Positions 42,760-51,746 of a stretch of 64,000 nucleotides of DNA are shown one piece after another (position 1 is the stretch's first letter; each line of letters opens with the position of its first letter). Source of the DNA: Nitrosopumilus sp. (GTDB lineage: Archaea; Thermoproteota; Nitrososphaeria; Nitrososphaerales; Nitrosopumilaceae); the NCBI GenBank assembly GCA_965203315.1, contig OZ241857.1:800001-864000 (forward strand). Reading direction: 5' to 3'. The position numbers and the translations under genes were made by a program. The notes beneath the pieces were generated by a model that worked only from the letters and a program-made list of their open reading frames with translations, had not been told where the DNA came from and did no database searches.

Positions 42760-42876
42760 GGATCTCTTCGATTTACATTGGATGATATTTCGTAGGACTT
42801 TTCTGTAATTTTTCCCCATAGAATCTTGCAGTGCTTTTTCTGTAACCGTTCTATCCTATGTGAACCGAAAAGATCC
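42760..42876. mobile_element. MITE family A, diverged copy
   Basis: GGATCTCTTCGATTTAC ... GTGAACCGAAAAGATCC with similar interior. Confidence 0.75.
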
Positions 42877-42963
42877 TTCAAAGTGCCTAATCTGAATAGT
42901 AACTTGACACCATGCAAGATATCTGTCTGTGGATTTTTATATTGATTAATGCGTGAACAACAT

Positions 42964-43125
42964 ATGGCAAAGCTGAGATGTAATGACTATGGTTTTGAGT
43001 GTGAGTTTGTTGCAGAAGGTGAGATAGAACAGGTCATAGAAGAGTTTAGGACTCATACTGATGACGAACATGGAATAGATTATTCAAAAGAAGCCGTTAT
43101 GCAGTTTATACTACGAAAACAATAA
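42964..43125 (+). CDS. DUF1059-like small metal-binding protein
   Basis: not in ORF track; hand translation MAKLRCNDYGFECEFVAEGEIEQVIEEFRTHTDDEHGIDYSKEAVMQFILRKQ. Confidence 0.8.
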   Translation: MAKLRCNDYGFECEFVAEGEIEQVIEEFRTHTDDEHGIDYSKEAVMQFILRKQ

Positions 43126-44214
43126 TCATGCATCTAGATGTCTCATTCTAGCAGACAAGACAGGTAGTTCTTTTGCAATCAACTTTTCAATAGCTGGTAC
43201 AATACCTGATCGTGCACTGGCATTCTCTTCATATATCTCTGATATCTGATCTCGAAATAATAGTTTGATTCCAGGCAAAGTCGTAATATCTTCAGCGACG
43301 GTTCGCGGATCAGATATATCTAGAATCAGAGTTCCTTTCTTCTTATCTTCCATGACAAGATGTATTCTCTCATAATTGATCAGAAAATAGTCAGATGTTG
43401 TAGCAACAAATACAATATCATATTTAGCAAATCCTGTCAGTACATCAGCAAACTCGACAGGAGTTCCGCCAACCATACTAGTGAATCCGGTAGCACGATC
43501 TATAGTTCTACTAACTACATCATATTTGAGTTGGAGTGAGTTGAGTGTCTTTGCAATCATTGCAGCAGGTGTACCTGTACCCATCAACAGAATATTCTTC
43601 TTTGCGTCAAGACCTGTCTTGTCCTTTACTAGATTGACCGCGACATCGCCAAGAGATAGTACATCTTTGGCGATCCCAGTTGTATCTCGCATTCTCGTTG
43701 CAAGTCGAAAGACGCTATCAAATAGCTTGGTCAGAATATTACCACAAGTTCCAGCACTCTTTGCTATAGAATGAGACTCGACAAGCTCGTTGTATATCTC
43801 TTGTTTACCGATTACAGTGGAGTCGAGACCAGTTGCTAGACGAAGTAGGTTTCGGTACACATCATCACCTTTGTAAACCTCTATAGTTTGATCAAAGTGA
43901 TCGATATCTATCTGCTCAAGCGAGGACAGAGATACCCATGTATCCTTTATCTGGTTTAGAACCAAGCCCTTTCCTTCAGCACGTCTGGCATCAGGCGAGT
44001 CAGTCGTCTCTACATTACTGACAGTAAATATCTCGACTCTGCTGGCAGTTTGAACTACGATGCACTCTTCTACATCTTTGATCTTTTTAAATTCCTCACA
44101 AGCTGCTTTGACGTCTTTGAACGCAAACTTTGATAATGTATGTAGCGGAACGTTCTTGAATGTAACTCTAGTATTCATAACATCAAATCTTACATGTGCC
44201 ACAAGTATCACCAT
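43126..44214 (-). CDS. glutamyl-tRNA reductase-like protein (catalytic Cys absent)
   Basis: QTASRVE in place of TCNRxE; GLDS, DISDPR motifs. Confidence 0.75.
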   Translation of the reverse strand: MVILVAHVRFDVMNTRVTFKNVPLHTLSKFAFKDVKAACEEFKKIKDVEECIVVQTASRVEIFTVSNVETTDSPDARRAEGKGLVLNQIKDTWVSLSSLEQIDIDHFDQTIEVYKGDDVYRNLLRLATGLDSTVIGKQEIYNELVESHSIAKSAGTCGNILTKLFDSVFRLATRMRDTTGIAKDVLSLGDVAVNLVKDKTGLDAKKNILLMGTGTPAAMIAKTLNSLQLKYDVVSRTIDRATGFTSMVGGTPVEFADVLTGFAKYDIVFVATTSDYFLINYERIHLVMEDKKKGTLILDISDPRTVAEDITTLPGIKLLFRDQISEIYEENASARSGIVPAIEKLIAKELPVLSARMRHLDA

Positions 44215-44904
44215 TCAAGCATGTAACTTGGCGCGTCCACCCTTTGCAGTTCGAAATACATTCATTCCAATAAAATAGTTCTCGTGTAGTGACTCTAGAT
44301 ACGTAATCTTTTCTTGAGCAGCATCAATCTGACGTTGAGTAGCTTCTGGATCTCTCTTCAATTGTTCAAGATTTTGTTGTGCTTCTTCAAGGAATGTGTC
44401 TATACCACGTTCATAGTTTGACATGCCACCAAACTCTGGGCTCAGGACACGTTCTGGATTATATGTAGGTGTTTGGTCTTGTGGAATCTCGACCTTGCGT
44501 GTAAGAGACTCTTGCTCGTCTTGAGATAGGATTGGTCTCGGAAATCTGTCTTTCTTGTCAAGAAAGAACTCTGGCTCGTCCATCTCACGTCTAAATATCT
44601 CCTCACTTTGTCTCTTAAAGGTGTAATCAAGCGCCTTTTTTGTCTCTGCGTTTACCTCAGCCGCAATCGCTTTGTACTCTTCCTCTGCGGCCACTTCTGC
44701 GGCAGCTTTGGCCGTAGCCACTTTTTCCATTGCTGCCTCGAGTGCAAGTTCTGCTTCTACTGCAGCTTTGGCCGTAGCTTCGGCTTTTGCTATAGCAGCG
44801 TCAGTAGTACTATGTTCTTTGGATTCGTCGGCCTTGGGTGCAGTCTCTACATCACCGGATGCCTCGTTAGTAGTCTCTTTTACTGACATTAGTAATTTAT
44901 TCAA
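44215..44904 (-). CDS. hypothetical protein with Ala/Glu-rich N-terminus
   Basis: 229-aa ORF directly upstream of the hemA-like gene. Confidence 0.65.
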   Translation of the reverse strand: MNKLLMSVKETTNEASGDVETAPKADESKEHSTTDAAIAKAEATAKAAVEAELALEAAMEKVATAKAAAEVAAEEEYKAIAAEVNAETKKALDYTFKRQSEEIFRREMDEPEFFLDKKDRFPRPILSQDEQESLTRKVEIPQDQTPTYNPERVLSPEFGGMSNYERGIDTFLEEAQQNLEQLKRDPEATQRQIDAAQEKITYLESLHENYFIGMNVFRTAKGGRAKLHA

Positions 44905-45001
44905 GTTGCTTAGATTTTAATATTCTTTTAGTCTTGCTCGATAAATATTGCGGCAGATCGATGACATAGTGACTAGATCGATGCGTTTTGGATTCCTCTC
45001 A

Positions 45002-45118
45002 TGATCTCTTCGATTTACATGAGATATAATTTTCACAGAAAATACTACAAAATTCCATATGGAAGATTTAGGGGAAAAGTTTTGCAAAATAACATACCAC
45101 GTAGATCGAAGAGACTCC
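45002..45118. mobile_element. MITE family A, degenerate copy
   Basis: GATCTCTTCGATTTAC ... GTAGATCGAAGAGACTCC, ~117 bp. Confidence 0.6.
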
Positions 45119-45134
45119 GCTAGTATCAAGAGTA

Positions 45135-45212
45135 TGGCGCCCTCGGCGGGATTTGAACACGCGTCTCAGCCGTGACAGGGCCGAATTCTAGACCTGGCTA
45201 TACTACAAGGGC
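45135..45212 (-). tRNA. tRNA-Asp(GTC), CCA encoded
   Basis: cloverleaf GCCCTTG..CGAGGGC-G-CCA; anticodon loop CTGTCAC. Confidence 0.9.
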
Positions 45213-45272
45213 ACTAGTTTTTGATGACAACATGTTAGATTAAAAGTTTTTGAAAGCGTAAAAAGATCCGTC

Positions 45273-45743
45273 ATGTTACCTTTATATAGTGCATTACTGT
45301 GTATTACGGTAATGCCTAGAAACTATGTTGACTTTGAAATAATAAAAGAGCCATGGAATAAATACAGCATAAGTGACGGAAGTGAGATAAAAACACGATT
45401 TGTGTTGAAATCTGTGTGGCACACTTTAGATAATGGTAAGATAAAAAAATTTATCGAACCAGAACGTTTCATAGTAATAATGTGTGATCCGTCACTTCAA
45501 GGAATGCCTAGTTCAGAGATGCCCAATAAGAGCGAACTTTTGAAAAATATCGAAGTTAACAATTCCAGATACACTACAACCTCATATGACGCAAATGAAT
45601 ATCTTTTGGACGAGGGTACACGAATACTAGTACATAACAACATAACAAAGATATCTCGAACTACACTTTACGATATACGCGGTAATCGAATGTATGATGT
45701 CGATCTTACTGAAAATATAATCATTACTCCACAATCACCCTAA
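45273..45743 (+). CDS. hypothetical protein
   Basis: 156-aa ORF (EPWNKYSISDG.., NEYLLDEG..) beside the tRNA. Confidence 0.6.
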   Translation: MLPLYSALLCITVMPRNYVDFEIIKEPWNKYSISDGSEIKTRFVLKSVWHTLDNGKIKKFIEPERFIVIMCDPSLQGMPSSEMPNKSELLKNIEVNNSRYTTTSYDANEYLLDEGTRILVHNNITKISRTTLYDIRGNRMYDVDLTENIIITPQSP

Positions 45744-45926
45744 TCAAACGCGATTATTTCATTAGTCTTTTCTGGCTTGTGTGTAATTATTTGAATTATT
45801 TGTCTAGTTGTAGAAGCGGTTGACATCGATAAATTCCTAGTCTCACCATCTCTTAGAAGTATACTATCATCCATGTATGTTATTATGTAGTAGTAATATA
45901 AAATGGTTTGGAGTAGTACGAAAAAT

Positions 45927-45974
45927 TGTGGGATCCGGAAAGTAGTTCGCCCCTCGTTTGATGTGGTATTCTTT
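45927..45974. mobile_element. isolated end of the IS481-like element
   Basis: TGTGGGATCCGGAAAGTAGTTCGCCCCTCGTTTGATGTGGTATTCTTT is near-identical to 6866-6913. Confidence 0.7.
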
Positions 45975-46137
45975 AGGCGATTGCTCATTTCGAGTCCCTA
46001 AGCATGTATTGCACCAATAAATCAAACAGATCGCAATCTCGGTTAACCATATGTGAAGCCGAAAAGAAATCGATCAGATGATACCAAGCATGCCAGATCC
46101 AAACGATCGTCTGTAAAACTAGCCAAGATGGCAAAAA

Positions 46138-46486
46138 ATGCAAACAAACACATTACCCACCAAAAAAGTAAAAACAAGAACGATCTATGTTGGAATAGAT
46201 GTTCACAAGAACTCTCTGTATGTGACAGCAATTGATGAAGATGACAACATCTTACTAGACAAACGCATAATGACAAATCACTATAGTGTTGCAGAGACAT
46301 TCAAGCAATTCCCTGTAGACAAGACCCACTATGTAATGGAGTCATCGTCAGTCTGGTATGGATTGTATCGATATATGACAGACGAGTTGGGATTTGATCT
46401 AGTACTATCGAATCCGTACCAAACAAAAGCGATAGCAGCATCAAAGAAAAAGACAGACAAGGTAGATTCAAAGATACTAGCAGAAC
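46138..46486 (+). pseudogene. IS110-family transposase N-terminal fragment, truncated by a MITE
   Basis: YVGIDVHK, VMES, KTDKVDS (DEDD); frame runs into the MITE at 46487. Confidence 0.85.
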
Positions 46487-46605
46487 GGATCTTTTCGGTT
46501 TACGTGGGATGGTATTTTGCAAGACTGTTCTTGCTAAATTTTCCCCATAGAATCTCATAGTGCTGTCTCCATAACCATTCTATCCCACGTAAATCGAAAA
46601 GATCC
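46487..46605. mobile_element. MITE family A copy
   Basis: GGATCTTTTCGGTTTACGTGGGAT ... ATCCCACGTAAATCGAAAAGATCC. Confidence 0.88.
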
Positions 46606-46735
46606 ACAACTTGTACATGCAAACCAACTCGATGACAGTAGAGGGCGATCATTTATCGAGACAATGTATTGGATTTGTGAGCAGATATGGTGTTTTTGAA
46701 CACAGAGTTCTGAACACATTGATAAAAGAACCAAG

Positions 46736-46809
46736 CGGGTCTAAAGGGATTCGGACCCTTGACAACCGGATTAAAAGTCCGGTGCGCTACCTGGCTGCGC
46801 CATAGACCC
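46736..46809 (-). tRNA. tRNA-Lys(TTT)
   Basis: GGGTCTA..TAGACCC acceptor stem; CCGGA-CTTTTAA-TCCGG anticodon arm. Confidence 0.88.
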
Positions 46810-47537
46810 ACCAACATAGACTATTGCATGCGTTAATTTAGTCCTTTACTCAGTTAACGCGAATATGTCTTTTTGAACAAGGCGATACAATATTTTACTT
46901 GGATCATTACTTCGAATATATTATGCATACTGTTACATAATTATTTCTAGGCGATTAGAGATATCGAGCCACCAAATTTCTAAAGATAAAAATCGACAAA
47001 ACATACATACTGATAGTCATTTACGTGATATGTGAATCCATTATTTTGTATGTCTGTGCAGTAGCCTTGACTTGAAAAATTCCCAACGATTCATCTTTAA
47101 TGCTCAGTTCGCGTTTACTACATGTAAAGGTAAACAGCAGACCATCCTTGAATGCATCCGCTATTGGTTTCTCACAGTCTCTTTGATTCTCTTCCTCATC
47201 CATTCGATTGTATGCGTATAACCGCACAGTCTCTGATCAATCTAGAACTAACGATATGAGATGTGTTTACTATTGTATCATCTATGATGATCTTGAATCC
47301 ATCCCATTTTGTATATTTGACATTACGATAATCAGATACCTTGTGAGTATCGGAGATATGGATCCTTATCGGCTTCATTTGGCCGACATGTTTGATCTTT
47401 TGGTTAAATGAGTTACATTTACGATGCTTGAGTTGGAAAGATTCAGTTAGAACTATTAGAGCCGATCTCGCTGAATGAAGAACTTGTTCTTTTTTCTATG
47501 AACATTTGTGACGTCTGTATAATCCTAGTGCATAAAC

Positions 47538-50500
47538 TTACTCGGTTAGCCAGCCCAGATTGATCAGTGTTCTAGTGCGAGAGTCCATATCGCCAAACTC
47601 GTAGGTAAAGATATTGTCAATCTCGGCGTATGCTTTTGTCTTGTATGCATCGTATAGCGAGTCACGTAACTCGATCATCTTTTGGGTGTGCCAGTCGAGC
47701 TTGATCTTGAATGGTGTACATATTCTGTCGTTGATATCTGTACATACTGGGAATGTACCAGCGTATGGTGCATATTGTACTATGACAAAGTTGCCAAACG
47801 AGTTGCGACTCCACGTGTTTCCAAATGCGTCTGCCCATAGATCAGAGACCTTGTCTGTTCGTACTAGGACTAGATTGGTTGGACGTATATCTCCTGTATC
47901 TAGTGTGATTCCTGTATGTACTGTTGGTGGTGCATTTAGTGATGTACCGGTGACAAAGACACCTTCGTTCATGTAGTTTATTGCGTTTAATCCCAGTGTG
48001 TCTGTTACTTGTATTGCAAATGGTTCATGGTTCATCACCTCACGGAACAGTACATCCGGAATGGTTACTTGGGTACATTGCAACTCACCACCTGAACAAG
48101 ATGCAGTAGATACGATCGTACCAGTGATGTCATAATCTAGTATGTTGTTTGGGTCATGTACTGTTACGCCTTCGATATAATGGTATGACGGTTCGCTATA
48201 GTTTATACCAAGATTTACAGAAATGTATGCTTCAGCTGTACTCAGTGGAGCGCCCACATTTGGTACACTAAACGCCAGTACGACATTTCTCAACAAGGTT
48301 GGTGCATATGCCTTGAGAGCAAATGTGTGTGTTGTGTTTGTCTGGATTGTATCGCGTTCGTACTGGACATGATATGCGGTAACATCACGACAAGTGTCGT
48401 CCATTTTATAGCCACATGTTACGACTTGTTCACCGGTGAATTGTGATCTACCAAACGTTGGTACAAGTGCAAAATAGTCATCGTCTGAGGGTGGAGGTGG
48501 AGGCTCATCACCTTTATTGAAGTCGATAATATGCGTAGGTACAATTATTGTACCAGCAGTACCATAAAAGCCAGTCAACCGTTTTGTTATAATGACGATA
48601 TCATCACCGTTCTTGCCATAGCACATGATATTATTGCCTTTGAGAGTATTGGTGGTCGTATCGATCATATCAGTTGTACATGCTGGTATCGGTTGGGCCT
48701 TTGTTATGTTTTCACGAGGTGAGAAATAGTATGGATGTTCATCTGTTTTATCATATATGGTAAATCGCATCTCTTTGTCGGTTATGAGAGGTTTGGTAGA
48801 GTTTTTTGTGAGGTCTATGTTACATCCATCTCTTTTGATAAAGTTTGGTCCAAATGAACCCGAGTCAGCGATTAGATTGTCAGGTACTTTAAGAGTGAGA
48901 TTTCCATAATTGTTGTCTGCAATCAAAAGATTGACAATTCTGAATTGAGCTACACACGTACTCTCTTCCGGAAACTCGTTGGGGAGTATCTTTGTATCGT
49001 TTTGTATATGCAGGTCGCCTATTCTAGTGTTTTGGTGACCAGTATATCGTTCACGATCATTACCTGCCAAGTATGCACCAGGAGTAGTAGTTGGGTCAGA
49101 TGTAACAGCTAAAGTTCGACCATCTGCATTCAGTGCAGGAAAGTCCGATGGTGGTGCCAGTGTCAGAATATTGGTATCACGTGGAACGGTAGGTGCGTTG
49201 AGGTCCACGGGACTTTTAGGCAAGTTGACGGTATCGGCTGCACCATAAAATCCAGTCAGTCGCTTTGTGATAATTACCATATCATCACCATGTATGCCAT
49301 AACATATCGTGTTGTTGCCTTTGAGAACATTGTTGTTGCTCGTATCGATCATATCAGTTGTACACACAGGAATTGGTTGAGCTTGAGGTATTCTGTCACG
49401 TGGGGAAAAATAGTAAGGAGTTTTCTCTGCCTTGCCATATATGGTGATTCGCATCTCTTTGGTGGTTATTAGTGGTAGACTAGAGACAGCCTCTGGATCT
49501 GGTGTGCAGCTGTGAAAGTCTAATCCATATGCGTGTACACTACGCAGGGGCGTTTTAGGAACTATATTATTGGGTATGGCAAAGCTTGGAACCTTGTCTA
49601 TGTTTAGAGTTGCAACATGCTCGAAATTTGTAAAACAGTTGTAAGTACTAGTGCCATTAAACAGAGGGTGTACTAGTGTTATGGTATCTTGTGTCAAAGC
49701 GATATCAGCTGTGGGCTTGGTACTATGATCGGAGTATCTATAATCGACACCACCATAGTATATCTTGCCATTGTTAAATTCGTCTGTTTGGAAAGACGCT
49801 TGAGCGTAAGCGTCATCTTCCGCCTCGGTTAATGGCAGTATGGTTAATGCCATCGCATAGGTACTAGCAGGTTCGGTACTTGGAGGTGCTGCATTGAGAT
49901 CCACTGGATTTGTAGGTGTGGTGATGGTATCTGCCACACCGTAAAATCCAACTAGTCGTTTTGTTATAATGACGATATCGTCACCATGTACGCCATAACA
50001 TATAGTATTGTGATCTTTGAGTGTATTGTTGTTGCTTGTGTCGATCATATCAGTTGTACATACTGGGATGGGTTGTGCAGTAGATATGCTGTCAGGTGGA
50101 GAAAAGTAGAAAGGCTTTTTGTACACCTTGTCATATATGGTGACTCGCATCTCTGTGTCGGTGATCAGTGTTTGGTTAGAGACTTTACCAGGATTTGGTT
50201 TGCATTTCTTGTCAAAGCCTAGACCGTATGCAAAGAGTTCATTCTTTTGTGTAGGAGTGATATTATCTGGTACGGTAAACTTGGGACGCATGTTTTTGGC
50301 GAAATCTTTAACACGCTCAAAGTCCATATCACAGCTATACTCACCAGTGCCAGCAAACAGAGTGAGTGGTAGTGTTGTAGTATCACGTTCCAGATAGAGA
50401 TCAGCAGTAGCATCTGTATCCTCGTCGGTGAAATCGGTCATTCTAATAGTGTCTCCTTCATAGAATAATGTGCCGTCATATTCTGTCGTTGATTTAACGC

Positions 50501-51323
50501 TCAGTCCAGTATAATCTTTTTCATCGAATATTGGAGGTATTGATAATGTACCTGGCGGTGTACTAGCTGATCCATACTCTCCTATTTGTGTTGTTATTAT
50601 GACTAGATCATTCTTATACGTACCAGAACACATGCGGGTTTGTCCTTTGAGTTGCTTGGTACTGTTGTCAAAGTTTGCACTAGTACACTCTGGGATCAGT
50701 TGAGCCTTGGTGATATTTTCAAAGTGTGAAGAAAAGAATGCCTTTTTGCCAGCCTGACCATAAATGGTAACTCTCATAGATTTGTCTGTGAGTAGTGGTT
50801 CATTGTTAGAGTTTGCAGTGGTAAGAGCAGAGACGTCGCAGCCATGGGAATAGTCTTTAAAGTCTACACCTATTACTTTAACATCGCTTTCAGGTAAATT
50901 GGTATAGATGCTACCATTGACATTAGTAGGTAGTTTAGCATACTCGTGAATTGCATTAGATGGATTGGCACCAACGTTGTTTACTCCAAACTGGACTGTA
51001 CAGCCAATTGATGTCAATTTAGGGTTTGATAGTATCATTGTGCCCTTGTCTATGGTAATATCTCCTTCAGGTTGATAAACAGGGTCAATTCTATAGTGAT
51101 CATAACTAGTGACAGGAGTAATAGTTGCGCTATTGTTGCTATGTTTGACAAGTGGGATTCCGTTAGAATGAATATCAGTACGTAAACCTGTTGAGGGACT
51201 TAAACCAGGATTCGAATAGCTGTACGGAGGTATAACCGCACCAAACGCATCGTCTAGATCAACTAGTAAAAGTGGTACAACAGTTAACAAGACTAGAACA
51301 GGGATCAGACGATGCTTACTCAA
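47538..51323 (-). CDS. large secreted/surface protein with four tandem ~220-aa Cys-containing modules
   Basis: signal peptide; four MRxTIY..FSP..AQPIP.CT..C.G..IIT modules with Pro-rich linkers; distinct C-terminal domain. Confidence 0.8.
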   Translation of the reverse strand: MSKHRLIPVLVLLTVVPLLLVDLDDAFGAVIPPYSYSNPGLSPSTGLRTDIHSNGIPLVKHSNNSATITPVTSYDHYRIDPVYQPEGDITIDKGTMILSNPKLTSIGCTVQFGVNNVGANPSNAIHEYAKLPTNVNGSIYTNLPESDVKVIGVDFKDYSHGCDVSALTTANSNNEPLLTDKSMRVTIYGQAGKKAFFSSHFENITKAQLIPECTSANFDNSTKQLKGQTRMCSGTYKNDLVIITTQIGEYGSASTPPGTLSIPPIFDEKDYTGLSVKSTTEYDGTLFYEGDTIRMTDFTDEDTDATADLYLERDTTTLPLTLFAGTGEYSCDMDFERVKDFAKNMRPKFTVPDNITPTQKNELFAYGLGFDKKCKPNPGKVSNQTLITDTEMRVTIYDKVYKKPFYFSPPDSISTAQPIPVCTTDMIDTSNNNTLKDHNTICYGVHGDDIVIITKRLVGFYGVADTITTPTNPVDLNAAPPSTEPASTYAMALTILPLTEAEDDAYAQASFQTDEFNNGKIYYGGVDYRYSDHSTKPTADIALTQDTITLVHPLFNGTSTYNCFTNFEHVATLNIDKVPSFAIPNNIVPKTPLRSVHAYGLDFHSCTPDPEAVSSLPLITTKEMRITIYGKAEKTPYYFSPRDRIPQAQPIPVCTTDMIDTSNNNVLKGNNTICYGIHGDDMVIITKRLTGFYGAADTVNLPKSPVDLNAPTVPRDTNILTLAPPSDFPALNADGRTLAVTSDPTTTPGAYLAGNDRERYTGHQNTRIGDLHIQNDTKILPNEFPEESTCVAQFRIVNLLIADNNYGNLTLKVPDNLIADSGSFGPNFIKRDGCNIDLTKNSTKPLITDKEMRFTIYDKTDEHPYYFSPRENITKAQPIPACTTDMIDTTTNTLKGNNIMCYGKNGDDIVIITKRLTGFYGTAGTIIVPTHIIDFNKGDEPPPPPSDDDYFALVPTFGRSQFTGEQVVTCGYKMDDTCRDVTAYHVQYERDTIQTNTTHTFALKAYAPTLLRNVVLAFSVPNVGAPLSTAEAYISVNLGINYSEPSYHYIEGVTVHDPNNILDYDITGTIVSTASCSGGELQCTQVTIPDVLFREVMNHEPFAIQVTDTLGLNAINYMNEGVFVTGTSLNAPPTVHTGITLDTGDIRPTNLVLVRTDKVSDLWADAFGNTWSRNSFGNFVIVQYAPYAGTFPVCTDINDRICTPFKIKLDWHTQKMIELRDSLYDAYKTKAYAEIDNIFTYEFGDMDSRTRTLINLGWLTE

Positions 51324-51356
51324 TAATTATCCCCCCCCCCCCCGTGATTTATAAAA
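51324..51356 (-). promoter_or_regulatory. TATA box (TTTTATAAA) followed by G13 tract before the TTG start
   Basis: C13 at 51331-51343; TATA at 51348-51356. Confidence 0.75.
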
Positions 51357-51373
51357 GTATAGATTAATGGTTC

Positions 51374-51416
51374 GTAAGCGGTTAGCCCGACAACAGTTCT
51401 TACTGCGTTTTGAGCA
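51374..51416. mobile_element. IS66 terminal remnant (more degenerate copy at 40159-40181)
   Basis: GTAAGCGGTTAGCCCGACAAC..TTGAGCA matches the right end of the IS at 8853-10569. Confidence 0.7.
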
Positions 51417-51746
51417 CACAAGATATTGAGGAGGGTTCTGTTCGATTGACAGAGCGTCAGTTTTGTACAAAATTTTCATTTTGTAAAGTATGGAAATGGG
51501 CCTGTATCGTCTAATGTAAATCCCAATGTTGAGTTGCACAACATGTTTTCCGTGAGATAGTATCATTTTGATCGCAATCTACCATCAACAGAGTCGAGAT
51601 TATCGAGATCAAATTGCTCAAAAGATCTAAATTTAGAACTCGAGACTTTTTATCATACTCGTGTCTCATCGTGAACTTGTTTCATAGCCATTCTACATCA
51701 AAATTTGAATGCTTTTTGTACTATTCATACTGTTAAAACTACAGAA

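Noticed and set aside
47021-47411. Short ORFs next to tRNA-Lys
   Set aside because: No recognisable motifs; they cannot be told apart from pseudogene fragments or chance ORFs.
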